DNA of 30,707 nucleotides from the NCBI GenBank assembly GCA_964368595.1, contig CAYJCI010000005.1, positions 1 to 30,707 of the forward strand, written 5' to 3'. The position numbers and the translations under genes were made by a program. Of this stretch, positions 18,376-28,205 are shown piece by piece. The stretch's first letter is position 1; the number at the start of each line of letters is the position of its first letter. Source of the stretch: an uncultured Desulfovibrionaceae bacterium (GTDB lineage: Bacteria; Desulfobacterota; Desulfovibrionia; Desulfovibrionales; Desulfovibrionaceae). Below the pieces are notes generated by a model, which was given only the letters and a program-made list of their open reading frames with translations, ran no database searches and was not told where the DNA came from.

Positions 18376-19668
18376 ATGCAAAATAAGCAAAAAGCAAATT
18401 TTGAAAATGCAAAAGTAGTTGTGCTTGGGGCTGGTCGCTCTGGCATGGCTGCAGTGCGATTGCTAATAAAACTCAAAGCACAAGTTAGCTTAATTGAAAG
18501 CAATGCTCAAAACATACACGAAGATTTTAAAGCAGAAATGCAAAAAGCTGGCGTTCATATAATTGCTGCTGAGCACAAGGCCGAGCATTTTGCAGGTGTT
18601 GACTATATCATTCCAAGCCCTGGCATTCCTGTTACTGGTATTTTGCCATTATTGGCAAAAGAAAATTCACCAGAAATTTTGGCTGAAATGGAGCTAGCGT
18701 GGCAATGCCTACAAGGTGAAAAAGTTCTCGCAATTACAGGAACTAGCGGCAAAACAACCACAGCTTCCATTGCTGCAAAAATGTTTGAAGCAGAAGGTAA
18801 TAAAGTATTTTTGGGTGGCAACATTGGCACACCACTTAGCGAATATGTTCTTGCAGGTGAAAGGGCGGATGTATTGGTGCTTGAGCTATCTAGCTTTCAA
18901 TTACAAACATGCACAACTTTTAAGCCTAATGTTGCAGTAATATTGAATATTACAGAAAATCACTTGGATTATCACAAGGATATGCAAGAGTATATCGACG
19001 CAAAACTAGCTATTTTTGCCATGCAAAATGAAGACGATGTAGCAATTATACACAAATCTTTGCAGCCAATTATAAATGAGCAAGGAATTAAGCCTCAGAT
19101 AACTTGGCTATTGCAAGGGTCTAAAAATTTTGAAGATTGTCGCCTTGTTGGTGCGCATAATGAATTAAATATTGAAGCTGCATGGCTTGCTTGCAAAGCG
19201 CTTGGTGTAAGCCTTGATAATGCAAGAAAGGCCGTAGCAGACTTTGCTCCGCTTGAGCATCGTTTAGAGTTAGTGCGTGAAATTAATAATGTTCTTTATG
19301 TAAATGATTCAAAATGTACCACAACTTCATCACAAAAAGTGGCGATTGAGGCTTTTGATAGACCCATAATTTTGCTATGTGGTGGCAAGTTTAAGGGCGG
19401 AGATTTAGAGGGCTTGCGCCCATTGATTAAAGAAAAAGTCAAACAAGTTTTACTGTTTGGTGCTAGTCGTGAATATTTTGAAAAAGCTTGGGAAGGCATT
19501 GTCAACATGGCATGGTTTGCCACATTGGATGAAGCCATAAGCTATGCTCATGAAATGGCAAAGCCCAATGATGTTGTATTAATGGCCCCAGCTACTGCAT
19601 CCTTTGATCTATATAAAAATTATATGGCTAGGGGTGATGATTTTAAACGTTTGGTAGGAGCATTATAA
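18376..19668 (+). CDS. murD: UDP-MurNAc-L-Ala:D-Glu ligase
   Basis: GAGRSG, SPGIP, ITGTSGKTTT, GGNIG, ELSSFQL, HRLE, NDSK, ASFD. ATG 18376 follows GAGG. Confidence 0.97.
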   Translation: MQNKQKANFENAKVVVLGAGRSGMAAVRLLIKLKAQVSLIESNAQNIHEDFKAEMQKAGVHIIAAEHKAEHFAGVDYIIPSPGIPVTGILPLLAKENSPEILAEMELAWQCLQGEKVLAITGTSGKTTTASIAAKMFEAEGNKVFLGGNIGTPLSEYVLAGERADVLVLELSSFQLQTCTTFKPNVAVILNITENHLDYHKDMQEYIDAKLAIFAMQNEDDVAIIHKSLQPIINEQGIKPQITWLLQGSKNFEDCRLVGAHNELNIEAAWLACKALGVSLDNARKAVADFAPLEHRLELVREINNVLYVNDSKCTTTSSQKVAIEAFDRPIILLCGGKFKGGDLEGLRPLIKEKVKQVLLFGASREYFEKAWEGIVNMAWFATLDEAISYAHEMAKPNDVVLMAPATASFDLYKNYMARGDDFKRLVGAL

Positions 19669-20876
19669 TGAGTCAAATACTAGAATATTTACAAGGCTTA
19701 AAGCAAGAATTGCGTGGCAATGCTAATAAAAAAGAAGCAGCAGAGCAAATGGCAATGAAGCAAGCAAAAGCACAGCCTAGCTTTGACTGGTGGCTATTTA
19801 CCATCGTTGTTGTACTACTTGGTATTGGTTTAATCATGGTATTAAGTGCAAGTGGTGTCGTCGCAGAAAAGCTAAATGGCGATAAATACTACTTTTTTAA
19901 GCGTCAGCTCATGTTTGTTGCTGCTGGGGGGACTGCTCTTTGGATTGCCGCAATGATGCCACGCGAATGGTTACATAAATTGCAATATCCTGCGCTATTT
20001 GCCACATTTTTCTTACTATTACTAACCGCAACACCTCTTGCACCAAAGATTAACGGCGCGCAACGCTGGATCCCAATTGGGCCATTTTCATTGCAACCTA
20101 TGGAATTTGTTAAAATAGCTTTGGTTTTGTATTTGGCATATTTTATGAGTGCCAAACAGAATTTAATTAAAACCTTTAGCCGTGGTGTCATCCCGCCATT
20201 TGCTGTAACTGGTTTATTTTGTATTTTATTGCTCATGCAACCAGATTTTGGTAGTGCGGTAATTTTAACAGCCATACTGTTTTTCATGTGTGTGGCTGGT
20301 GGTACAAGATTTATATATTTATTCATAGCGGTTGGCATGGCTATCGCTGGTGCAATTGCTCTTGCCATATCTTCACCCTATCGCTTGCGTCGTTTAACGG
20401 CTTTCGTTGACCCATTTAAAGATGCTCAAGACAGTGGATATCAATTAGTTCAGTCATTATATGCGCTTGGCTCTGGTGGATTTTTTGGTGTTGGTGTTGG
20501 TGCTAGCAAGCAAAAAATGTTCTACCTACCAGAGGCTCATAACGACTTTATCATATCTGTCCTTGGGGAAGAATTGGGTTTTATAGGGGTGAGCCTTGTA
20601 ATGACATTATTCGGCTTGTTTTTTTGGCGTTGTTATAAAATTATTATTGGTCAGAAAGAATTGCGTGATCGCTTTGCCTCCTTTGGTATTACGCTAATCA
20701 TTGCCATGGGTGCATCCATGAACTTAGCAGTTGTTATGGGCCTTGCACCTCCAAAAGGTATTCCCATGCCATTACTTAGCTACGGTGGTAGTAACTTACT
20801 CGCAACCTTGCTTTGTGTAGGGCTTTTGCTCAATTATTCTCGCACTGCAAATAATACAGAAATTTCAAAAAAATAG
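19668..20876 (+). CDS. ftsW: SEDS peptidoglycan polymerase FtsW
   Basis: GAQRWI, QP.EF.K, QPDFG, GYQ..QS, LPEAHNDFI, GEELG, SYGGS. Confidence 0.96.
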   Translation: MSQILEYLQGLKQELRGNANKKEAAEQMAMKQAKAQPSFDWWLFTIVVVLLGIGLIMVLSASGVVAEKLNGDKYYFFKRQLMFVAAGGTALWIAAMMPREWLHKLQYPALFATFFLLLLTATPLAPKINGAQRWIPIGPFSLQPMEFVKIALVLYLAYFMSAKQNLIKTFSRGVIPPFAVTGLFCILLLMQPDFGSAVILTAILFFMCVAGGTRFIYLFIAVGMAIAGAIALAISSPYRLRRLTAFVDPFKDAQDSGYQLVQSLYALGSGGFFGVGVGASKQKMFYLPEAHNDFIISVLGEELGFIGVSLVMTLFGLFFWRCYKIIIGQKELRDRFASFGITLIIAMGASMNLAVVMGLAPPKGIPMPLLSYGGSNLLATLLCVGLLLNYSRTANNTEISKK

Positions 20877-20882
20877 GTAGTT

Positions 20883-21941
20883 ATGCAAAAAATCATTCTA
20901 ACAACTGGCGGCACAGGTGGGCATATATTCCCAGCTTTAGCTGTTGCCGAAGAACTATTGCAAAAGAATGATGTGCAATTGCTATTTATGGGCTCAATTT
21001 ATGGCCCTGAAAAAGAACTTGCTGAAAAAGCAGGCCTTGAATTTGTTGGCCTGCCAGTGCGTGGGATTTTGGGGCGTGGTAAAAAGGCCATAGGTGCAGG
21101 CTTTGCTATGTTGCGTGCATGTGGTGCTGCCAGAGGTTTTATGTGTAAATTTAAGCCTCAAATGGTGGTTGGTTTTGGTGGGTATGCGGCTTTTGCACCC
21201 ATAATAGCAGCTCAAAGTCTTGGAATTAAAACTGCAATTCATGAGCAAAATGCTGTGGTTGGTTTTAGTAATAAAATTCAAGGGCGTTTTGCCAAAAAAA
21301 TATTCTTAGGTATGCCAAATACTGGTGGTTTTGACCCTAAAAAATGCATAGTAACTGGCAATCCAGTGCGAGCGGCTGTTGCTGAAATTGCAAATAACTC
21401 CCATGAATTTAATGGCAAAAGGTTATTAGTTGTGGGTGGTTCACAAGGTGCAAAGGCATTAAATGATTTAATTATTGATAATTTTTCAAAATTGAATGCT
21501 GAGAATGTTGAAGTTCGACACCAAAGTGGCGCAAAGGATTTTGAAAGAGTTAATGCTGCATACTATGCCGCAAATCAGCCAAGACATGGACTTTCTGCAT
21601 TTATTGACAATATGGCAGAGGCTTATAATTGGGCTGATTTAGTGCTTTGTCGTTCTGGTGCATCAACCATTGCTGAGCTTTCAGCGGCAGGGCGCGGGGC
21701 TGTTTTTGTGCCATTTCCTTATGCTACCCATGACCACCAAACACATAATGCAAAGCTATTAGTCAAAAATAATGCGGCTTTTATGTATGCGGAAAAAGAC
21801 ATGCACAGTCAGGATGTGATGTTAAATATTATTAATTTAATAAAAAATGATAGCAAGTTACAAGATATGGCAAAGGCTGCACACTCTGTAAATATGGGCA
21901 ATGCAGCAAAGAATATTGTTGAAAATTTATTGAAATTATAA
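20883..21941 (+). CDS. murG: Lipid II GlcNAc transferase
   Basis: GGTGGHIFP, GFGGY, HEQN, TGNPVR, GGSQGA, RSGAST, HQ..NA. Confidence 0.97.
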   Translation: MQKIILTTGGTGGHIFPALAVAEELLQKNDVQLLFMGSIYGPEKELAEKAGLEFVGLPVRGILGRGKKAIGAGFAMLRACGAARGFMCKFKPQMVVGFGGYAAFAPIIAAQSLGIKTAIHEQNAVVGFSNKIQGRFAKKIFLGMPNTGGFDPKKCIVTGNPVRAAVAEIANNSHEFNGKRLLVVGGSQGAKALNDLIIDNFSKLNAENVEVRHQSGAKDFERVNAAYYAANQPRHGLSAFIDNMAEAYNWADLVLCRSGASTIAELSAAGRGAVFVPFPYATHDHQTHNAKLLVKNNAAFMYAEKDMHSQDVMLNIINLIKNDSKLQDMAKAAHSVNMGNAAKNIVENLLKL

Positions 21942-22028
21942 GCAGTAATTAAAGATTTTGGTAAGAGTTGGTAGTTTAGTAACATAAAATATACTGCACT
22001 TAAACTCTTAAAATTAAAGGGGTTAAAT

Positions 22029-23390
22029 ATGCACACAAATATTAGAGCAATCCATATGGTAGGCATTGGCGGTTCTGGCATGAGCGGCATTGCTGAAGTT
22101 TTATTAAATTTGGGCTGCAAGGTGTGCGGATCTGATGCTACTGAATCTGCAACAGTTAAGCGGTTGCGTGGGCTTGGTGCTGAAATTTTCATAGGCCATG
22201 AGGCTACAAATGTTGGTGATGTACAAGTTCTTGTAAAATCAACAGCCATTGGGGATGAAAACCCAGAAGTACAAGCCGCAAAAGAACAAGGTATACCAAT
22301 CATCCCTAGAGCAGAGATGCTTGCAGAACTTATGCGCCTTAGGCATGGCATTGCCATTGCTGGAACGCATGGCAAAACCACCACAACTTCATTAACTGCT
22401 GCTATTTTTGATGCAGCTGAAAAAGATCCAACAGTAATTATTGGTGGATTATTAAATGCTTATGGTGCAAATGCTCGCCTTGGTGCTGGAAATTATTTAA
22501 TTGCTGAGGCTGATGAATCTGATGGTTCATTTCTATGCCTTTTCCCCATTGTAAACGTAGTTACCAATGTGGACTTAGATCATGTGGATTTTTATGAAAA
22601 TCTAGAATCAGTTGACAAAGCCTTTGTGGATTTCATGAACAAAGTGCCTTTTTATGGTCGCAATATTGTTTGTGGTGATGACCAGGGAGTTCAGCGCTTA
22701 TTGCCTCAAATTAAAAGACCAGTTTTAACTTACGGCTTTGGCGCAGATAATGCCCTGAGAGCAAATGTATTAGAATGCGGTAAAGTTAGCCGTTTTGAAG
22801 TGATTTTACATGGTGAAAATTTGGGTGTCATGGAGCTTAAGCAACCTGGCATGCATAATATATTAAATGCTCTTGCAGCCATTGGCGTTGCTCTTGAAGC
22901 TGGTATTAGCGCAGAGCATTGCCAAAAAGGCCTTGCCAAGTTTGATGGTGTTGGTAGGCGTTTTGAACATAAAGGTGAGAAGGATGGCGTAATTGTAATC
23001 GACGATTATGGTCATCATCCTGTGGAGATAGAGGCAACAATAGCCACCGCTAAGCAAGTCTACCCTGATAAAAGATTGGTTGTAGCATTCCAGCCGCACC
23101 GTTTTAGCCGTACTCAGTCATTTTTTGGTGAATTTTGCAAAGCCTTTGAAAGTGTTGACAAATTACTTTTGTGCGAAATATATGCCGCCTCTGAAAAGCC
23201 CATACCAGGAGTAAGCGGCCAAAGCTTAGCCCAAGGTGTGAGGCAGGTAACTTCAGTTGATGTAAAATTTTGCAAAAACTTTGACGTATTAATTCTAGAA
23301 GCGAAAAAATACTTACGCCCTGGTGATGTGTTTATAACACTTGGCGCAGGTTCCATTACAAAAATGGGTCCACGCTATTTAAGTGAATGA
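22029..23390 (+). CDS. murC: UDP-MurNAc:L-Ala ligase
   Basis: [45 protein letters not shown]. Confidence 0.98.
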   Translation: MHTNIRAIHMVGIGGSGMSGIAEVLLNLGCKVCGSDATESATVKRLRGLGAEIFIGHEATNVGDVQVLVKSTAIGDENPEVQAAKEQGIPIIPRAEMLAELMRLRHGIAIAGTHGKTTTTSLTAAIFDAAEKDPTVIIGGLLNAYGANARLGAGNYLIAEADESDGSFLCLFPIVNVVTNVDLDHVDFYENLESVDKAFVDFMNKVPFYGRNIVCGDDQGVQRLLPQIKRPVLTYGFGADNALRANVLECGKVSRFEVILHGENLGVMELKQPGMHNILNALAAIGVALEAGISAEHCQKGLAKFDGVGRRFEHKGEKDGVIVIDDYGHHPVEIEATIATAKQVYPDKRLVVAFQPHRFSRTQSFFGEFCKAFESVDKLLLCEIYAASEKPIPGVSGQSLAQGVRQVTSVDVKFCKNFDVLILEAKKYLRPGDVFITLGAGSITKMGPRYLSE

Positions 23391-23478
23391 ATTTAAAAGA
23401 AAATCAATAAAAAATATAAATTACAAAATATTTATTATTTAAAAATAATACTTTAAGCATTTGGCAATGGATAATTTT

Positions 23479-24366
23479 ATGTTTGAAATAAAATATGAAC
23501 CTAAGTTTTCTGAGTTAACGACTCTAAGAATTGGTGGTAAAGCCATTGCTGAAATACGTATTAAAGATAATTTTGATGAAGCAGAATTAAAAGCATTGAT
23601 ACAAAAATTAGGTGGCAATGTTTTTGTATTAGGAGCAGGTAGCAACCTTTTAGCATCAGATAGAGATTTAAATTTACTACTATTAAAACCAGACTTTGAA
23701 TCACAAATTGATGTTTTAAATCACAATGATACACAAGCACTTGTGAAGGTGAGCTCTAATGTTCGCTTAGCAAGATTAATAGGAAGATGTGCTAATCTTG
23801 GTTTATCAGGATTGGAAGGTTTATGTGGCATTCCGGGTACTGTCGGAGGAGCCATTGCAATGAATGCTGGTTCATACGGTAGCGAAACTTGTCCCAACTT
23901 ACATTCAATTACTATTTACTCACCCCAAACTGGTATAGCAACTATACAAGCATCAGACATGAATTATGGTTATCGAAAATTTTTAATTAGCAAAATTAAT
24001 TCATGGTTTTTTGTAATTAATGCAACTTTTATCTTGACTTATTCCGCGACAAAGGTCATAAAGGAAAAAATGTTTCTAAACTTTTTCAAGAAAAAGTCTA
24101 CACAACCTGTAAATGCTTGGAGTGCTGGGTGCTTATTCAAAAATCCAACGCCAGATCAGCCCGCAGGGAAGTTGTTAGAAATGTGTGGATTTAAAGGTAA
24201 AAGTAAAGGCGGGATGATTTTTTCTCCATTGCATGCAAACTTTTTGATAAACCAAGGTCACGGAAATGCTAATGCAGCATTTGATCTTATAGAAGAAGCA
24301 AAGGTAGAAGTTAATAAACGTTTAGGTATTTCTCTCACTGAAGAGGTTAAGATTTTATGTCCGTAA
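23479..24366 (+). CDS. murB: UDP-GlcNAc-enolpyruvate reductase
   Basis: TLRIGG, GAGSNLL, GLEGL.GIPGTVGGAI.MNAG, QP..SAGC.FKNP, HANF. Start uncertain (23461, 23467 or 23479). Confidence 0.93.
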   Translation: MFEIKYEPKFSELTTLRIGGKAIAEIRIKDNFDEAELKALIQKLGGNVFVLGAGSNLLASDRDLNLLLLKPDFESQIDVLNHNDTQALVKVSSNVRLARLIGRCANLGLSGLEGLCGIPGTVGGAIAMNAGSYGSETCPNLHSITIYSPQTGIATIQASDMNYGYRKFLISKINSWFFVINATFILTYSATKVIKEKMFLNFFKKKSTQPVNAWSAGCLFKNPTPDQPAGKLLEMCGFKGKSKGGMIFSPLHANFLINQGHGNANAAFDLIEEAKVEVNKRLGISLTEEVKILCP

Positions 24367-25241
24367 ATAAAATGCGTGGAGTGCGCAAGCCAAGTTTACA
24401 GCTAAAACGTAATGCCAAAAATGTTTATAAGGGTGGTGGCGCAAAGAAAAGCGTAGTTAGCCCTAAGGCAACAAGAATGCCTAAAATGCCAAAGGCTTCA
24501 AAGATTGGCTCTCTAAGTGGGGTTTGGGTTACATTGCTTTGTATTTGCATAGGTTTTACAGTCATAATTGGCATAAGTGCAGGAACATTATGGCTATATA
24601 GAGTGGCAACAACTAGTGAGTATTTTGCCACAAAAGAGATTGAAGTTTTGGGCAATGTTAGAATGTCCAAAAAGATGGTTAAAGATTTTGCCGGAGTACA
24701 CGAGGGGGATAATTCCCTTGATATAAGTATAGGCAAGGTTGAGCAAGCATTATTAAAAACTCCATGGGTTGAAAAAGTTTCAGTCAAAAGAGTATTGCCC
24801 AATCGATTTGTAATAACTTTAGCCGAGAGGATGCCCTCATTTTGGGTTAAGCAAGATGGAGTGCTTTATTATGCTGATGAGAAGGGCAAAATTATAGCAC
24901 CGGTTGAAACAAGCAACTTTATGTCACTACCAACACTTGAGATAGGAGTAGGGGCACAAGACAGCATAAACATGCTTGCAGTGTACTTAAAAGACTTAAA
25001 ATCTGGTAAATTACCAGTTGAGTTTGGGGCAATTTCAGCATTTAAGGTTAGTAGTGACAAAGGCATAGAATTGTATCTTGATGATAGGGACATTCGCCTT
25101 TGTTTAGAACTTGATAGTTGGACGAATAATTTACAGCGTTTATCAATCACCCTTGGGGATTTGGCAAGGCGCAATGAATTATCAAAGGTGCGTGAAATTC
25201 GCGCCGCGGATGGAAATGTTTGGGTAATCACCAACACTTAG
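24357..25241 (+). CDS. ftsQ: Cell division protein FtsQ
   Basis: Basic N-terminus, single TM, POTRA domain (IEV.GN..., PWV..VSV.R.LP....I...ER); directly upstream of ftsA. Confidence 0.9.
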   Translation: MSVNKMRGVRKPSLQLKRNAKNVYKGGGAKKSVVSPKATRMPKMPKASKIGSLSGVWVTLLCICIGFTVIIGISAGTLWLYRVATTSEYFATKEIEVLGNVRMSKKMVKDFAGVHEGDNSLDISIGKVEQALLKTPWVEKVSVKRVLPNRFVITLAERMPSFWVKQDGVLYYADEKGKIIAPVETSNFMSLPTLEIGVGAQDSINMLAVYLKDLKSGKLPVEFGAISAFKVSSDKGIELYLDDRDIRLCLELDSWTNNLQRLSITLGDLARRNELSKVREIRAADGNVWVITNT

Positions 25242-25264
25242 TTTTGTAATTTTCGGGAGTAGTT

Positions 25265-26497
25265 ATGAGTAAATCCGAATTGATAGTAGGGTTAGATATA
25301 GGCACAACAAAGATTTGTGCTGTGGTTGGTGAGCTTACCGAAGATGGCGTTATTGACATTGTTGGCATAGGTACAAGCATTTCAACCGGTTTGCGTAAGG
25401 GTGTTGTTGTAAATATTGAGCAAACAGTTCAATCAGTGCGTAAGGCTCTTGATGAAGCTGAGCTTATGGCTGGTTGTGAAATTCATGCTGTTTATGTTGG
25501 CATTGCTGGTAGTCATATTATGGGTATTAATAGCCATGGTGTGATTGCTGTTAAGGGTGGTGAAGTTGCCCAACGTGACATTGAGCGCGCTCTTGATGCT
25601 GCTCGTGCTGTAGCAATCCCAGCAGATCGTGAAGTTATACATATTTTGCCACAAGAATATGTGGTGGATGATCAACGCGGCATTGCTGACCCATTGGGTA
25701 TGGCTGGTGTTCGCCTTGAAGTGAAGGTGCATATAGTAACTGGTGCTGTATCCTCAGCTCAGAATATTGTGCGTTCATGCCACCGTAGCAGCTTAGAGGT
25801 TGCAGATATTGCCTTAGAATCATTGGCATCTGCAAAGGCTGTACTTACGGAAGAAGAAAGAGAGATTGGCGTTGCCTTGGTAGACCTTGGCGGCGGCACA
25901 ACTGATATTGCAATCTTTGCCAATGATGCAATTAAGCATACGGCAGTATTAGCACTTGGTGGGCAAAACCTGACCAATGACATAGCTTTTGGCCTTCGCA
26001 CGCCAATGGCTGCAGCTGAAAAAATAAAGATGAAATACGGTTGTGCACTTACAGAAATGGTACGTCATGATGAATTCATTGAAGTACCTAGCGTTGGCGG
26101 AAGAGATGCGAGAAGACTTTCCCGTCACGTTTTGGCAGAAATTTGTGAACCCAGGATGGAGGAAATACTCTATCTTGTAGATCAAACTCTAATTCGTTCA
26201 GGCTTTAAAAACATGATCGGAGCAGGGGTTGTGCTTACAGGCGGAACAGCTCTTATTGAAGGATGTCAAGAGCTTGGTGAGCAAATATTTAACCTACCAA
26301 CACGTATTGGTTATCCACGTCATGTGGGTGGGTTAAAGGAAGTTGTTAACAGTCCTAAATTTGCTACTGCCGTTGGTTTGTTGCGTTATGGCGCGGAGAA
26401 GGAAAATGCAGGTCAAAAGACCTTTACCAGCCATGAAACGAATATGTTTAACAGCGTGCTTGCACGTATGAAGAAGTGGTTTAAGGATATTTCTTAA
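25265..26497 (+). CDS. ftsA: Cell division protein FtsA
   Basis: GLDIGTTKI, DLGGGTTD, AEKIK..YG, VLTGG and a C-terminal amphipathic helix ARMKKWFKD. Confidence 0.98.
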   Translation: MSKSELIVGLDIGTTKICAVVGELTEDGVIDIVGIGTSISTGLRKGVVVNIEQTVQSVRKALDEAELMAGCEIHAVYVGIAGSHIMGINSHGVIAVKGGEVAQRDIERALDAARAVAIPADREVIHILPQEYVVDDQRGIADPLGMAGVRLEVKVHIVTGAVSSAQNIVRSCHRSSLEVADIALESLASAKAVLTEEEREIGVALVDLGGGTTDIAIFANDAIKHTAVLALGGQNLTNDIAFGLRTPMAAAEKIKMKYGCALTEMVRHDEFIEVPSVGGRDARRLSRHVLAEICEPRMEEILYLVDQTLIRSGFKNMIGAGVVLTGGTALIEGCQELGEQIFNLPTRIGYPRHVGGLKEVVNSPKFATAVGLLRYGAEKENAGQKTFTSHETNMFNSVLARMKKWFKDIS

Positions 26498-26527
26498 ATC
26501 GAACTTTTAGCTAGAGGAGAGGTGGCT

Positions 26528-27892
26528 ATGGAACTTTTTGATTTTGAACAATCTTTGACAAGTAGTGCGAAAATTAAAGTAGTTGGTGTTGGTGGCGGCG
26601 GCGGTAATGCTGTTGAGTATATGATTGCCTCAGGTCTTCGTGGCGTGACATTCCTATGTGCCAATACAGATATGCAGGCTTTGAATAGAAGCCCAGTTCA
26701 GCACAAAATTCAACTTGGTGAACAACTTACACGTGGTCTAGGTGCTGGCGCAAACCCAAATGTGGGTAGAGAAGCAGCCCTTGAAAGTGTATCTGCCATT
26801 CGTGATGCTCTAGAGGGCACAGACATGGTATTTGTAACTGCCGGTATGGGCGGTGGCACTGGTACTGGTGCTGCACCAATCATTGCACAAGCTGCTAAAG
26901 AGCTTGGTGCTTTAACTGTTGGCGTTGTGACAAAACCATTTAGCTTTGAAGGTGCAAAACGTCGTGCCGCAGCTGAAGCTGGTTTACAAGAATTTCGTCA
27001 ACATGTGGATTGTTTGATTACAATTCCTAACGATCGTCTATTAGCATTTGCTCCAAAAAAAGCTCCATTTACTGAGATGCTTAAAAAAGCAAATGATGTT
27101 TTATATTATGCAGTTAAGGGTATTTCTGATGTAATTATGGAAGATGGCATGATTAACGTTGACTTTGCTGACGTTAGAACAGTTATGCTTGAATCTGGCT
27201 TAGCTCTTATGGGTACTGGCTTTGCAACTGGTGAAAACCGTGCTCGCGAGGCAGCCCAACGTGCTATTATGAGCCCATTACTAGAAGATGTTTCCTTAGA
27301 AGGTGCAAAAGCTGTTCTTTATAACATTACAGCTTCTATGGATATTTCTGGTGAGGAAGTTGGCGAAATTGGTGATATCATCAGTGAAGCCGCTCACCCA
27401 GATGCCAACATTATTTTTGGTGTTGTATTTGATGAAGAAGCAGGGGATGACTTGCGTATTACTGTTATTGCAACTGGCATTGACAGTCAGGAGAGGATGC
27501 AAGCTCAAACCGCCGCTCATGCTGCTACTGTTACTAATTTTCAACAAACAGCAACATCATCAGCACAACCAATGCAGAATGTGCGTCGTCAATCACAGCC
27601 AACAGCTGTTGTAAATTCCATGATGGATAGAGATCAAGGTCAAATGCAAGGTCAGATGCATGGTTCAATGCAGTCTAACATGCATAACTCTGGTCAAGAG
27701 CAAATGTTGCATGACAATCGTAGCGGTCAGGTAGAGAGCTGGTACGACATGAAAAGCGATTTGCCACCATTTGTGCGTAAACGTGAAGCCTTAGGCATGC
27801 AACGTAATACTTACAATCCTGGTGCTGAGGAATTTGTGCTTGATGAAAACGATTTTGAAATGCCAGCTTTTATTCGTAGGCAAGCAGATTAA
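26528..27892 (+). CDS. ftsZ: Cell division GTPase FtsZ
   Basis: [28 protein letters not shown] and C-terminal [12 protein letters not shown] 26528 follows GAGGAGAGG (GTG 26522 is an alternative). Confidence 0.99.
   Translation: MELFDFEQSLTSSAKIKVVGVGGGGGNAVEYMIASGLRGVTFLCANTDMQALNRSPVQHKIQLGEQLTRGLGAGANPNVGREAALESVSAIRDALEGTDMVFVTAGMGGGTGTGAAPIIAQAAKELGALTVGVVTKPFSFEGAKRRAAAEAGLQEFRQHVDCLITIPNDRLLAFAPKKAPFTEMLKKANDVLYYAVKGISDVIMEDGMINVDFADVRTVMLESGLALMGTGFATGENRAREAAQRAIMSPLLEDVSLEGAKAVLYNITASMDISGEEVGEIGDIISEAAHPDANIIFGVVFDEEAGDDLRITVIATGIDSQERMQAQTAAHAATVTNFQQTATSSAQPMQNVRRQSQPTAVVNSMMDRDQGQMQGQMHGSMQSNMHNSGQEQMLHDNRSGQVESWYDMKSDLPPFVRKREALGMQRNTYNPGAEEFVLDENDFEMPAFIRRQAD
27635..27682 (+). 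repeat. Four degenerate 12-bp repeats in the FtsZ linker ([16 protein letters not shown])
   Basis: caaggtcaaatg caaggtcagatg catggttcaatg cagtctaacatg. Confidence 0.8.
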
Positions 27893-27945
27893 TAATTATT
27901 GCGCGAATTAGTTAGCTTTTTGTAAAATCTTGAATCACTAAAGAA

Positions 27946-28205
27946 ACAGAACTAGCTTCTGTAGTCTATGAGTGCATTTGCGAACATGCGTGAATTTAGG
28001 AAAACATGTTGTTTTTCTAACTGGTGGTTAGTTAAACCAAAGTCATATTTTGGTGTAGCTATATATTGTTCCTAGAGGCTTAAATAGTAATATTATTTAG
28101 GTTTGGGGCAAACAACGTTTTGTCAACTCCTTCTCTGAAACTCTTCAGAATACAACCTCTCCATTCTGAAGACAAAATGGGTCGTGCGCAAGCACGGCCC
28201 TTTTT
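27946..28205 (+). ncRNA. Candidate structured ftsZ 3' UTR or 3'-derived sRNA
   Basis: Near-contiguous hairpins with plus-strand G-U pairs, an anti-SD-like loop at 28152-28162, ending at the terminator 28179-28205. No ORF of 60 aa or more in the track. Confidence 0.45.
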
